From a virus (taxonomy: Duplodnaviria; Caudoviricetes): 50,724 nucleotides of DNA. Where the stretch lies: IMG/VR virus record IMGVR_UViG_3300046714_000194, positions 1 to 50,724 of that record; one strand, given 5' to 3'. Of this stretch, positions 8,779-17,798 are shown one piece after another. Each line of letters starts with the position of its first letter. Position 1 is the stretch's first letter. Under the pieces are notes generated by a model, which worked only from the letters and a program-made list of their open reading frames with translations, ran no database searches and was not told where the DNA came from. The position numbers and the translations under genes are program-made.

Positions 8779-9044
8779 GATGCCACCGGGCCGATCGGAT
8801 CGGGCGAGACTTTCGGCTTGCGGGTGTTGCGGCGCTTCGGTAGCCGCGCCAAGGCCTCGCGCAGCTCTTCGCGCATCTTGAACCCGTGTGCTGCGGCGCT
8901 GCCGGCGTCGGAGGCAATCCCGTCGATCACCTTCATCGCGCCGGCGTTGGCAGCAAGGCTTGCGCGCCATCGCACACCGTTGCGCCACCACATGCAGCCC
9001 TGCGACACGCACAGCAGCCCGATTCCGATCGTCTCAATGTTCAT
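8775..9044 (-). CDS. Hypothetical protein with N-terminal hydrophobic segment
   Basis: Coupled overlaps on both sides. Confidence 0.5.
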   Translation of the reverse strand: MNIETIGIGLLCVSQGCMWWRNGVRWRASLAANAGAMKVIDGIASDAGSAAAHGFKMREELREALARLPKRRNTRKPKVSPDPIGPVAS

Positions 9045-9970
9045 CGCTCGCCCTTTCGTTGTGTAAAGTGTCGTGCCCGCTCTTCGTCCGAGCCGTGGCA
9101 CCACGTGAACGCCCAGCACCGAGATCCGACGCCTGGTGCGCATGAGTTATAGTTCGGTGCGTTGTCGGTGCAACCCTTGCGTGCGTCTTGCGCCTGCGCG
9201 TTTTGCCACAACGTCAACGCGTGCGGCGTGAAGGGGATCACGAGCGCGTCGAACTTCGCGACCTTCGTTTTGATCAGCGCGTGCAGCCACAGCGACGGCG
9301 GCTCCGAGAGGCTCATAGCCTCTCGCACGAGCCAGCTCAGACCGAGAAACTGCGGGTTTGTTGCCTGCCCTCGCGCGAACTTCTCGCGGTCCTTCGGCAG
9401 CGCCTGCCCACGCGTCTTGTCGTCCACCACGAGGATCTCACCTGACGGCATGCGCACGATCGCGTCAGCTCGTGCCGTGTACGGCGCGATCGGCGAGCCT
9501 GCAGGCGCCTCGAAGTGCTGCTCTACTGCAAGGATCTTCGCGCCCTCCGGAAACCCGGCGTTCTCCGGCCCGCGCAAGCCGTAGTACACCGACAGCAGGC
9601 GCTCGGCCTCGTAGACGTGCTCCACTTCGTGCGTCTCGGCAGCGACGGCGAGCACGTTTCGCCAGTCGCGCGGCTTGCTCTCGCCGGCCATGGCGCCTTC
9701 GCGTACGAACCGATGCCCCGCATGCACGAGCCGGCCAACGTCGAAGTACCCCGTATCGTCGCGGTCGTCGTCTTCGTCGAGATCGGTTGGGTCTTTCCGT
9801 GTCGGCGCAATGTGCAGGTGATAGCGAAGAGCGTGCGCACGGCGACACCGGCGGTACTCGCCCCACCGGCTCGCACCCCATTCGGTTTGCGTGTTGGCGA
9901 GCGCTTCACGGGCAAGCTCGAAGAGCTCGCCTGTAGGCAGCTGCAGCGTCGACGACCACGGCCGGGTCAT
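9041..9970 (-). CDS. PD-(D/E)XK RecB/Cas4-like exonuclease
   Basis: N-terminal C, G..VH, RADAIV...VDDKT, three C-terminal Cys. Confidence 0.8.
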   Translation of the reverse strand: MTRPWSSTLQLPTGELFELAREALANTQTEWGASRWGEYRRCRRAHALRYHLHIAPTRKDPTDLDEDDDRDDTGYFDVGRLVHAGHRFVREGAMAGESKPRDWRNVLAVAAETHEVEHVYEAERLLSVYYGLRGPENAGFPEGAKILAVEQHFEAPAGSPIAPYTARADAIVRMPSGEILVVDDKTRGQALPKDREKFARGQATNPQFLGLSWLVREAMSLSEPPSLWLHALIKTKVAKFDALVIPFTPHALTLWQNAQAQDARKGCTDNAPNYNSCAPGVGSRCWAFTWCHGSDEERARHFTQRKGER

Positions 9971-10668
9971 ACGCCGGGGATCCCGAGTTCGACGGCGCGC
10001 TCCAAAAAGTCGAGCCGCTGCAGCTTGTGACTCTTCGAGCCGTTGCAGCGATAACCGGGTGCAGCCTGGATCTCGTCGCGGTCCGACACGCCGATCTCGT
10101 ATGCCGCCGGCGCCATGAGATCGCGCTTCTCGGTTGCATACGCGATATCATCGGCGGCCTTGATCGCGACGATCGCGCCCGGCGTCAGCTTGATCCCATA
10201 GAACTCTTGGATTCGCTTGTGCCAGGGCCCTTCGATCCGGCGGTACTCGGGGATCATGTCTTTCAGCGGCTTGGGAATGTCGCTGCCGAGATACGCCTCG
10301 GACGCGTCGTGCAAAAGCCCTGCGGCTGCGAGGTGCGGTGGCACGAGCCGGCTCACCATGACCGAGTGTGCGGCGACGCTGTAGAACTGACCGGGGTAGA
10401 GGTGCGCCCCGAAACGGCAGATCCGCGATAGCGCATGCGCGATCTCTCGAATGTCGATCGTCGTGCTCCACGGATCGCGCAGGTCGATCTTTCGTCCAAA
10501 GCACGAACGGATGTACTGCGCGCCGGCAACGAGGCCTTCTTTTTGGGCGCCGTCGGCCTTGCCCGGCATTGAAACGACGGGGCCAATATGCGCATCGGCA
10601 GGCACTACCAGATCGGCAAACGACTTCGGGCGCGGCATGTCGATCACGGCAGCACCGACCTGTGGCAA
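9967..10668 (-). CDS. HD-domain phosphohydrolase (YfdR/YfbR-like deoxynucleotidase)
   Basis: IAHALSRICRFGAH..FYSVAAHS..LLHDASEAY..DIPKPLK; start uncertain. Confidence 0.85.
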   Translation of the reverse strand: MPQVGAAVIDMPRPKSFADLVVPADAHIGPVVSMPGKADGAQKEGLVAGAQYIRSCFGRKIDLRDPWSTTIDIREIAHALSRICRFGAHLYPGQFYSVAAHSVMVSRLVPPHLAAAGLLHDASEAYLGSDIPKPLKDMIPEYRRIEGPWHKRIQEFYGIKLTPGAIVAIKAADDIAYATEKRDLMAPAAYEIGVSDRDEIQAAPGYRCNGSKSHKLQRLDFLERAVELGIPGV

Positions 10669-11030
10669 TCGTTCCAGTCATCCGGCTTCGAAGGCCGGTC
10701 GTCCAGATCGGCACGCCCTCGCAGCTCGAAGGCAAGCGCGAAGAGGATCTCGCAGCCGGCATGCGCGAGGTGCGAGAGCCCCGTCTCAGGATCGTGCGTC
10801 TCGCCGTCCTGGAAGTGCGCGGTGAGGTGCCGCATCGTCGCCCCAAAGACGCGCGAGTAGGCGAGCCCCTTTTCCCAGTTTCGCTCGGCGTACTTCTGCG
10901 CGCCGAACTGCAGCACCTTCACGATCTCTCGCACGGCGTCGTACGGCAGCAGGTGCCACGGCAGCTTGCCGCCGTCGTGCTTCGCACCGCTTGCGCTCGC
11001 CTGCGTCTTGCGTTTCGCCATGCTCTTCAC
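10644..11030 (-). CDS. DUF5664 dATP/dGTP diphosphohydrolase
   Basis: KHDGGK..WHLLP...GAQKY..NWEKG...RH...DPETGLSHLAHA. Confidence 0.88.
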   Translation of the reverse strand: MKSMAKRKTQASASGAKHDGGKLPWHLLPYDAVREIVKVLQFGAQKYAERNWEKGLAYSRVFGATMRHLTAHFQDGETHDPETGLSHLAHAGCEILFALAFELRGRADLDDRPSKPDDWNDCHRSVLP

Positions 11031-11164
11031 ATGGCGCAGGCGTCACCAACCGCAAGCCCTTTGCGTCACGTCTTCGCGCGTCTTGCGTCTGCCCTTCCCG
11101 CGTCGGGTGTCCCCACCTTCCACCGCTTCTTAGAGAAGCGGTAGGTGGGAACTGATTCACCTCG

Positions 11165-11285
11165 CACCGTTTCCCACCGTTTCCCCGATCCAACAATCCA
11201 GCCAAAAAACCAGCGTTTCCCGGGAAACGGTCAATTCCCGCCCGTGACCATACACCGTTTCCCAACCGATTCCCGCCCGTTTCCC
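11165..11285. repeat. Iteron-like CCGTTTCCC cluster with a 16-bp palindrome; candidate replication origin
   Basis: CACCGTTTCCC at 11165, 11175 and 11253; CCGTTTCCC at 11277; variant at 11265; palindrome CGTTTCCCGGGAAACG at 11214-11229. Confidence 0.7.
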
Positions 11286-11313
11286 GCCGCTTGATTCGAC
11301 TTTTCTCGAACCG

Positions 11314-12486
11314 TCACGACACCGAAAGACGCATTGCGCCATCGTCGGAATCAGCAGCATTCTCGAGCGATCCGTCTTTCACGAGCGCATGGATCAACGC
11401 GAGCACCGTCTCACTTTTGCCCCCAACGGCGCGGATTACGTGCGTCGCAGAACAATCCGGTTTTTTGCCCACGGCGGCAAGGATCTGCTTTCTCAATTCC
11501 GCCGCTGCGTCCTTCGGGCTCTTCGGCTTTGACTCGCTCGCGACGTACCGCCAGCTCGTACGCTTGCCGACGTCGAACGGCCCGCAGCCGACCGGCAGCA
11601 CCTCGCGCGAGATCCAGAGTGCCCGTTGCTCTTCGTCGCTGTCGTCGTGCTGCCGCTCTTGCGTGAGCTTGCGGCAAGCGCCGTCCTTCGCGAGATTCCA
11701 GATCGCCCCTGAATTCGCCTGGATTGCCGAGCTGCCACGCCCGCTTCCGCCCCCGTCCTTCCCGGTGTGGTGAAGGTATAGCACGGTCGTTTCGGCGTCG
11801 CCTGCAGCTTCCCCGAGCGTCGCGACGAACGCGCCAAACTCCGAGCTGTTCTCATCGCCTTCGGGTGCGGCGCTGCGCAGGTTGTCGATCAGCACGAAGT
11901 CGAACCCACGCATGCGCGCAGCGAAGAGAGCTCGGGCGCCTTTGGTGCAAAGATTGTGCTTCGGGTGATCGCAGATCTCGATCCGCCCGGCGAGCTCATT
12001 GGGGGAGATGCCCGCGCCGTTAGCGATACGGCGGTAGCGGAGGGCGATGCTCGTGCGGCCAAGGTCGTAGGAGATGTGTAGCACCCGGCCGTGGGTGCAC
12101 GCAGCGAGCCCCCACACCGGCTTCCCTGTGGCGACGGCCAGCGCGATCGCCTGCGCCACGTCGTTCTTGCCGGCGCCTGCCGCACCGACGAGCCCGCAGG
12201 GCCGCCCCCGGCCGATCTCGAGCCGAGGGCAAACCATGGGGTGCTCCACCAACGGGCGGGCGACTAGCCAGGCAGCGTCATACGTGTGCCACGAGTCGGC
12301 GCCCTGCGGCGGCGCACCCGGGGCGGGCGCCTCGGGAAGGGCCGGCGCCGGCTCCACGACGGGCGCAGGGGCGGTTTCGGGCTCGGGTTCATACGGCAAC
12401 GCGTCCGGCTCTTCGGGCTCGCCGTCGAGCTCCCTAGCGAGCTGTGCACGCCATGCCTCGTCTTCGGGATCGATCTCGGCAATCAT
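11314..12486 (-). CDS. RepA-like (AAA_25, SF4) replicative helicase
   Basis: GAAGAGK Walker A, VLIDNL Walker B, LHHTGK..GRGSSA; C-terminal wHTH-like tail. Confidence 0.8.
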   Translation of the reverse strand: MIAEIDPEDEAWRAQLARELDGEPEEPDALPYEPEPETAPAPVVEPAPALPEAPAPGAPPQGADSWHTYDAAWLVARPLVEHPMVCPRLEIGRGRPCGLVGAAGAGKNDVAQAIALAVATGKPVWGLAACTHGRVLHISYDLGRTSIALRYRRIANGAGISPNELAGRIEICDHPKHNLCTKGARALFAARMRGFDFVLIDNLRSAAPEGDENSSEFGAFVATLGEAAGDAETTVLYLHHTGKDGGGSGRGSSAIQANSGAIWNLAKDGACRKLTQERQHDDSDEEQRALWISREVLPVGCGPFDVGKRTSWRYVASESKPKSPKDAAAELRKQILAAVGKKPDCSATHVIRAVGGKSETVLALIHALVKDGSLENAADSDDGAMRLSVS

Positions 12487-13103
12487 GACGCAGCGCGCTC
12501 GAGCGGCATTGCCTGCGCACCAGGGCGGGCCTGTCGTGCGAGCGAAACGAGCCACTGCGCGAAGAGCAAAGGCGTACGCCGGCGTTGCTGCGGCGAGCAG
12601 ATCTTGATCCCTGCAGGCACAAGCTGCCCGTCGGAGCTGCGGCCGCGCTCACGCCTTCCGGAAACCCAGTGCGTCGGCGTGCCGCCTGTTCGGATCCCGC
12701 GCCGGACCGCTTCGGGGTTGACGCCGCAAACGTAGAGCCAAGTGCGCTTCCGCGCGACGTGCCCCCACGACACCTGCTCTACCTCGAAAGTCGTACCGTG
12801 TGCGTCACACTTCCCCGGTGGGGGCAAGCCCAAAAACGCCCACAGCCCCGAACCGGCCGGGTGTTCGAGCACACCGCCCCACCGCCGAACGTCGGCGACG
12901 GCGTGCAGGGCGGCGCCCGAGTCCTGCGAGCACCAGGCCTTTTGCGAGCCCCAAGGGCCGCACGGCGGGTGCGCGACGATTGGGTGGGGCCCGGCGTAGG
13001 CCTTGGCGTCGCGCTCCGGCAGACCCCAACACTCGACTCCGGGCAGGCGCGGGTACGGCCCACGGGGATCCACGTACAGCGCCGCGACGATCCGCTCGTG
13101 CAT
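12483..13103 (-). CDS. Short DNA cytosine-methyltransferase-like protein
   Basis: VAHPPC (motif IV-like), VLEHP (ENV-like), WGH.ARKRTWL. Confidence 0.6.
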   Translation of the reverse strand: MHERIVAALYVDPRGPYPRLPGVECWGLPERDAKAYAGPHPIVAHPPCGPWGSQKAWCSQDSGAALHAVADVRRWGGVLEHPAGSGLWAFLGLPPPGKCDAHGTTFEVEQVSWGHVARKRTWLYVCGVNPEAVRRGIRTGGTPTHWVSGRRERGRSSDGQLVPAGIKICSPQQRRRTPLLFAQWLVSLARQARPGAQAMPLERAAS

Positions 13104-13138
13104 CCTGCAGGATCTAGCGCCCGCCGTCCCGTGCGCCA

Positions 13139-13152
13139 GTGTGACGGATCTG
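13139..13152 (+). promoter_or_regulatory. Putative integrase arm-type site GTGTGACGGATCTG (copy 1)
   Basis: Exact 14-bp repeat of 13346-13359; the two copies flank the att core. Confidence 0.55.
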
Positions 13153-13216
13153 GCCGGCACAGCCATCACGCAGCAACACGCCGCAGCACACATCTTTGCG
13201 AGATCCCCTGGAAACC

Positions 13217-14527
13217 TCACGGCTTGACGGGGCGTTTGCGTCTCGCCACAGGATTGTGGCTCCTGTTGTCGCGGGTTCGATCCCCGTCACTCACCCCGAA
13301 GATACGCACACTTGCGGCAGCCGGTAGCGGCGCGCAAGCGGGGAGGTGTGACGGATCTGTACAGGCGGGGCCTGCCGCATGCGGCGTCAGATCGGCAGGG
13401 ACGGCGAAGCGCCCACACGCCGGGCACCGTACGAGCCCCGGCAGCGTGTGGCGAGGATTGCCGTAGCGATGGTGGCAGACGTTGCAGGTTTCGGGATCGG
13501 GGTCGGGCGTCGCTGCAAGCCTTCGCCGGATGCTTTCGCCTTCCTTCTCGGGGTCGGCCCGGCCGTACACTCGAAACACCATGGCCGTGCCGCTGTGGCC
13601 GAGCATCTTGGCGACTTCTTCGCGGGTGACCCCGGCCTCGATCAGCCACGACGCGAAGGTGCGGCGGAGATCGTTGGGCGTCACGACGAAGGACAGTTTG
13701 GCTCGGCGTGAGGCGTCAGCGAGATCCCGATTCATGTTCGTCCACCGACGTGGCGCTTGCAGGACCCACGATTGGAAAAGCCAATCGTGCTGCAGCTGCG
13801 TGACGGTCGCGAAGGTTCTAGCCGATCCCTTCGTTTTGGTGCCGCGAATCGTAACGCTCATATGGGGCGGCACGTTGCGCCCGTCGACGCCGTGCCACGT
13901 AACGTTCTGCAGCTCGGACCGGCGACAGCCCGTTGACAGCGCGACGAACATGTGATCGCGCCACTGCTTAGGCACCGCTTCGATCAGGTCGAGCGCTTCT
14001 GAGAAGCTCATGGCGATCTTGCGCGGCTCATAGCCTGAGCTGAACCCCACCGGCCGCAGCAGCTCGAGATCGCCCGCCCATTCCCCTGCCCTCTTTGCGA
14101 GCGCGCACAGCCCGCGCAGCGCGATCAGCTCTTTGGCGATCGTGTGGTCGGAGGCGTCTTCGGAACGCCGCGTTTCGACGTAGACGTCGGTTGTACGCGG
14201 GTCGACGGAGCTCATAGGGCAAGTCGCGTCGAACACCCGGATCAGGTGCCCGACCTTCGTGCGATACATGTCGAGCGTACCTGCCGAAGAGCTCGACGCC
14301 TTGACGGCTAGGAGATCGGCAGCCCACTTGCCGAGCGTTGCCGTTTGCGCGGCTGCGTAACTCGGATCTGCGGCGCAGCGCTCCCGCTCGGCACGCCACA
14401 GCTCTGCGGCTTTCTTGTCTTTGCAACCCGTCGAGCACCGATCGCCCGTGACGGGATCGACCCGAAGCCACCAGATCGATCCGCCATTGCGCCGATACAA
14501 TCCGTCGTGCCGTTTCCCTTGTGACAT
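13217..14527 (-). CDS. int: Tyrosine integrase
   Basis: TGCRRSEL, KTK, TPNDLRRTFASW, LGH...VY catalytic motifs; N-terminal arm-binding region. Confidence 0.92.
   Translation of the reverse strand: MSQGKRHDGLYRRNGGSIWWLRVDPVTGDRCSTGCKDKKAAELWRAERERCAADPSYAAAQTATLGKWAADLLAVKASSSSAGTLDMYRTKVGHLIRVFDATCPMSSVDPRTTDVYVETRRSEDASDHTIAKELIALRGLCALAKRAGEWAGDLELLRPVGFSSGYEPRKIAMSFSEALDLIEAVPKQWRDHMFVALSTGCRRSELQNVTWHGVDGRNVPPHMSVTIRGTKTKGSARTFATVTQLQHDWLFQSWVLQAPRRWTNMNRDLADASRRAKLSFVVTPNDLRRTFASWLIEAGVTREEVAKMLGHSGTAMVFRVYGRADPEKEGESIRRRLAATPDPDPETCNVCHHRYGNPRHTLPGLVRCPACGRFAVPADLTPHAAGPACTDPSHLPACAPLPAAASVRIFGVSDGDRTRDNRSHNPVARRKRPVKP
13247..13297 (+). other. attP core: 3' half of tRNA-His(GTG)
   Basis: Anticodon arm CAGGA-TTGTGGC-TCCTG, T-arm GCGGG-TTCGATC-CCCGT, acceptor strand CACTCAC, His-type discriminator C; no 5' half. 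Confidence 0.88.
13346..13359 (+). promoter_or_regulatory. Putative integrase arm-type site (copy 2)
   Basis: Exact repeat of 13139-13152. Confidence 0.55.
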
Positions 14528-14667
14528 GCGTTTCGTTCCTTCCAAGCGGCGAGCGCTTCGGGGTCAACCCGGAGGTGCACGCCAACGTAGTACCCGATCT
14601 CGTGTGCAACGGCGTAGGCCTTCGAGCGGCCGACGCTGAGAATGTGGGCTAGCGTTGCGACGTTCAA
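14308..14667 (-). CDS. Excisionase-like HTH protein
   Basis: VATLAHILSVGRSKAY...LRVDPEALAAW; directly upstream of and overlapping int. Confidence 0.65.
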   Translation of the reverse strand: MNVATLAHILSVGRSKAYAVAHEIGYYVGVHLRVDPEALAAWKERNACHKGNGTTDCIGAMADRSGGFGSIPSRAIGARRVAKTRKPQSCGVPSGSAAPQIRVTQPRKRQRSASGLPIS

Positions 14668-14882
14668 GGCGACAGCTCTTCGACCTGCCGCCGCAACCGC
14701 GTACGGAACTCGCTTGGCGTTTCATCTGGCGCAGGTTCGGAATTGTAGCACTGCAGCCCGAGCAGTCGCAGGTACGATCCGCGCGCTCGTTGCGCAAAGA
14801 GCGAGGCCGGACGCCACGGCCAATAGCGGAGGATCGCCTCGTCGGCAGCCCAGCACACGCGAGCCCAAAGACGGCGCATCAT
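14664..14882 (-). CDS. Hypothetical protein
   Basis: Coupled overlaps. Confidence 0.45.
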   Translation of the reverse strand: MMRRLWARVCWAADEAILRYWPWRPASLFAQRARGSYLRLLGLQCYNSEPAPDETPSEFRTRLRRQVEELSP

Positions 14883-15067
14883 GTTCCCTCGTCTTCGTCG
14901 ATCTGGGTGTAGTCGTAGCAGTCGCTTCCAAGCTCTTCGCTGTGGCAGCAGTCATGCACCGCGTGGATCCACCGGCCGCAGTGCCAGCACTTGCACCCAC
15001 CGGTGTACTGCTCAATCTCGACGTCTTCGTAGCAGAAGGCGCAGTCGAGCTGGATCGGCCGTGTCAT
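14879..15067 (-). CDS. Small zinc-finger protein
   Basis: CAFC...CWHC. Confidence 0.6.
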   Translation of the reverse strand: MTRPIQLDCAFCYEDVEIEQYTGGCKCWHCGRWIHAVHDCCHSEELGSDCYDYTQIDEDEGT

Positions 15068-16707
15068 GCGGCCTTCCCTTCGATCAGCTCCACCAACCCC
15101 GCAAGCAATTCGTCGTCGGTGCCGCCGCGCATGTCTTCGAGCAGCCCGTCCGAGCCGGCGCCGATCACGTCTGCAAACGTCTCGAGCTTTGCAAGCACTC
15201 TATCCTTCACGATCTCGTCCACCGTTCCGACGCCGATTAGGTACCACATCGTTACGGCCTTGTCCTGCCCGAGCCGGTGTACGCGTGCTTCGGCCTGCAA
15301 GAGCGTCGCCGGCACCCAATCGAGCCCGACAAAGATCACGTTGTCGAACCCGGTAAGATCGATCCCGGTCGTGATGCTCTTGATCGTCGCGACGGCGACG
15401 GGGGCTTCGGCGATGACGGCCCTGCGCTGATCGGCCGGGGTTTCGCCGTCGACCTGCGGCGCCCTGAGCTTGTCGGCGAGCTCGTGTGCCGTCGGGATCC
15501 GGGTGGTCACGAGCAGCACACGGCCCGAGCCTGCAACGATCTCCCGCGTGAGCTCGACGGCAGCGGCGATCTTGTAGGCTTCGACGTTCGATAGGAGCGA
15601 CTGCACGCCAAACTTCGCTTGCCCCTTCCAGTTGATCGCGCTTTGCGCCCGGGCGAGATCCTTCCGCGCCTTCGCCGGAAGTGCAACTTCGTGGATCACG
15701 CGCGTGCGACTCGGCAGCTCTTGCGCAACTTCGCCCTTCGTCCGGCGCAGCATGCAATCGGCGAGTCGGCCCTTAAGCTCCAGAGCGTTCGAGGCGCCAT
15801 CGAACACCCACACCGGCGGCCTGTCGGGCACGCCTTCGATCTCTTCGTAGTGGCCGTTGCAGTACCGCTTCGCATACCCCCACGGCACCCGCCGACGCGC
15901 CGGCGAGATCGCCCCGAAGCGGCCAGGCCAAAGAATGTGCAGCACGTGCCACAGATCCGCCGGTCTGCTCGTGATCGGCGTGCCCGTTAGGCCGAGGCGC
16001 CTCACCGGCAAGCACCGAGAGCTCATGCCAAAGAGCCACTCGTCGATCGCCTTGCTGCGCTGCGAAGCGGGATTGGCCAGGTAGTGGATCTCGTCCAGCA
16101 CCAGATTGCGGATCCCGTCGAGGCTTGCAGCGTCCTTCCGCACGCGTTTCTGGAAGCCTTCGTAGCTCTCGATCTCCCACCGGCCGGCGTCGGCCCAGGG
16201 CGACCCCCACCGCGCGATCTGCGCGAGCCAGTGCTGCCGAACGATCGCGGGGCAGACGACGAGCACACGCCCGTCGGGATCGGCGGCGTCAAGCGCCGTG
16301 ATCGCCTGCGCGCTCTTGCCGATCCCCATCTCGTCGGCGAGCAGGGCTGCACCGCCGTTGTGCAAGAGCTGCCAGCGGATCCACTCGGCGCCGTCATGCT
16401 GATACTGCCGCAGCTCGGGCGGGGCGTCCGCCGGCGGCAGCTCCGAGATGTGGGGGCGCCCTGCCGGCTCCGGCAACGGCCAACGAGGCGCCGAGATCTT
16501 GGCCGCTTCGAGCGTGGCGCACACGAGCCGGATCGCCTCGCGATCGCCGCGCCAGCACCCGCGCCGATTGGGGCAGGACGGATCCGGCACCCAAGCGATC
16601 CCGGGCATCGCCTTGAACTGGTCTTTCGCTGCTTCCGAGTACGTGTACGGCATGGCGTCAACCTGCCAGGGGAGCGGGCCGGGACGGAAGGTGATCAGGC
16701 CAGGCAT
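15064..16707 (-). CDS. SNF2-family helicase
   Basis: LADEMGIGKS, DEIH, LTGTP, QAEARVHRLGQ. Confidence 0.92.
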   Translation of the reverse strand: MPGLITFRPGPLPWQVDAMPYTYSEAAKDQFKAMPGIAWVPDPSCPNRRGCWRGDREAIRLVCATLEAAKISAPRWPLPEPAGRPHISELPPADAPPELRQYQHDGAEWIRWQLLHNGGAALLADEMGIGKSAQAITALDAADPDGRVLVVCPAIVRQHWLAQIARWGSPWADAGRWEIESYEGFQKRVRKDAASLDGIRNLVLDEIHYLANPASQRSKAIDEWLFGMSSRCLPVRRLGLTGTPITSRPADLWHVLHILWPGRFGAISPARRRVPWGYAKRYCNGHYEEIEGVPDRPPVWVFDGASNALELKGRLADCMLRRTKGEVAQELPSRTRVIHEVALPAKARKDLARAQSAINWKGQAKFGVQSLLSNVEAYKIAAAVELTREIVAGSGRVLLVTTRIPTAHELADKLRAPQVDGETPADQRRAVIAEAPVAVATIKSITTGIDLTGFDNVIFVGLDWVPATLLQAEARVHRLGQDKAVTMWYLIGVGTVDEIVKDRVLAKLETFADVIGAGSDGLLEDMRGGTDDELLAGLVELIEGKAA

Positions 16708-16925
16708 CAGGCGCGCCCCCACGAGTCGGTGCGCCGCTTTCGAAAGTGGTTGTCGGCTGCCGTCTTGCGTTTGCAGGTTCTTGGCGGCAGCCGACGAGCG
16801 GCAAGATCGTACCCGCACATGGGGCAGAAGCTCACCGCAATCACCGCGCCGAGCGTGCGCACTTCCCAGCAAGGCCAACCGGGATCGTGGGCAACGTTTG
16901 GATCGGCGCAGTTTGGGCAAGCCAT
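16707..16925 (-). CDS. Small zinc-ribbon protein
   Basis: CPNC...FCPMCG. Confidence 0.55.
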   Translation of the reverse strand: MACPNCADPNVAHDPGWPCWEVRTLGAVIAVSFCPMCGYDLAARRLPPRTCKRKTAADNHFRKRRTDSWGRA

Positions 16926-17100
16926 TACCGCACCTGCGCGTGATGTACATGCCGCGCGCCAGTGCGGCGAGACACAGCGACAGCGCCGAGGATCCGCCAC
17001 GGCCCGCCGACGCTCGTTTGAAGCTGCGCGTACGATGCGGCCGGCCCGGAGAAGTGCACGACGCGGCGCTTGCCGGTGAGCGGGAAGGTTGGAAGGGGCG

Positions 17101-17328
17101 TCACGGTGCGTCTGCCTTTCCCTCACGCGCCATGCACTTCCACTCGCAAGAGCTGCGCCACTGGCTCTCGCAGAGACACACCGGTTCGGCGCCAATGTGG
17201 CAGCTTGGCGGGATCCCGACGCAGCGGGAAGGTCGCGACGCAACGGCAATCACGACGCCAGACGCAGTGGTGCCAAGCAACCACGCGAAGAACAGAACGG
17301 CAACGACGGCGGCAGCTTCGCGGATCAC
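17101..17328 (-). CDS. Secreted or membrane-anchored Cys-rich small protein
   Basis: N-terminal hydrophobic helix and six Cys. Confidence 0.55.
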   Translation of the reverse strand: MIREAAAVVAVLFFAWLLGTTASGVVIAVASRPSRCVGIPPSCHIGAEPVCLCESQWRSSCEWKCMAREGKADAP

Positions 17329-17798
17329 GGCGTCACCTTTGCGCGCGGTCCGGGGAACCGAAGGCGCTTTCGCGGTACAGGCATCTCCTCGGGTTCGTCT
17401 TCGAGCCCACCCGAGATCGGTGCAGCACCCGGCGGGGCCGGCGCAGGCACGTTGCGGATCTCGAACGCCGTCAGGTCGAGCCGGCCCGCCTGCAGCGCGT
17501 CGTACTTCGCCGTCGCGATCGCTTCACGCATTGCGGCAGCACCGGCTTCGAAGGCGTCGGGATCTGGCGCAGGCGCCGGGCGCGGCATGCCTGCGGGCCT
17601 CGGCTCTAGTTCTTCGCCGTGCAGCTCGGGCGCGTTACGCCATGCTTCGATCAGGCTGCGCGTTTGGATCCAGATCGCATACGTCGTGTGCTTCGTTGCG
17701 ATCGGCACGGCCCCGTCGTGCAGTTCCACGAGCCCAAGATCTCCGTCGAGCACGACTCGCGCGACTTCGGATCCGTCAACGGCTAGCCGCAGCGTCAC
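17325..17798 (-). CDS. Hypothetical protein
   Basis: GTGA-coupled start. Confidence 0.55.
   Translation of the reverse strand: MTLRLAVDGSEVARVVLDGDLGLVELHDGAVPIATKHTTYAIWIQTRSLIEAWRNAPELHGEELEPRPAGMPRPAPAPDPDAFEAGAAAMREAIATAKYDALQAGRLDLTAFEIRNVPAPAPPGAAPISGGLEDEPEEMPVPRKRLRFPGPRAKVTP

Noticed and set aside
9041-9970. CRISPR-Cas system
   Set aside because: The Cas4-like nuclease sits in a Sak4/SSB recombination module; no array or other cas genes seen
9967-11030. Z-genome (2-aminoadenine) pathway
   Set aside because: No PurZ/PurA-like gene is visible
13225-13297. Intact phage tRNA-His gene
   Set aside because: The 5' acceptor strand and D-arm are absent; better explained as the attP core
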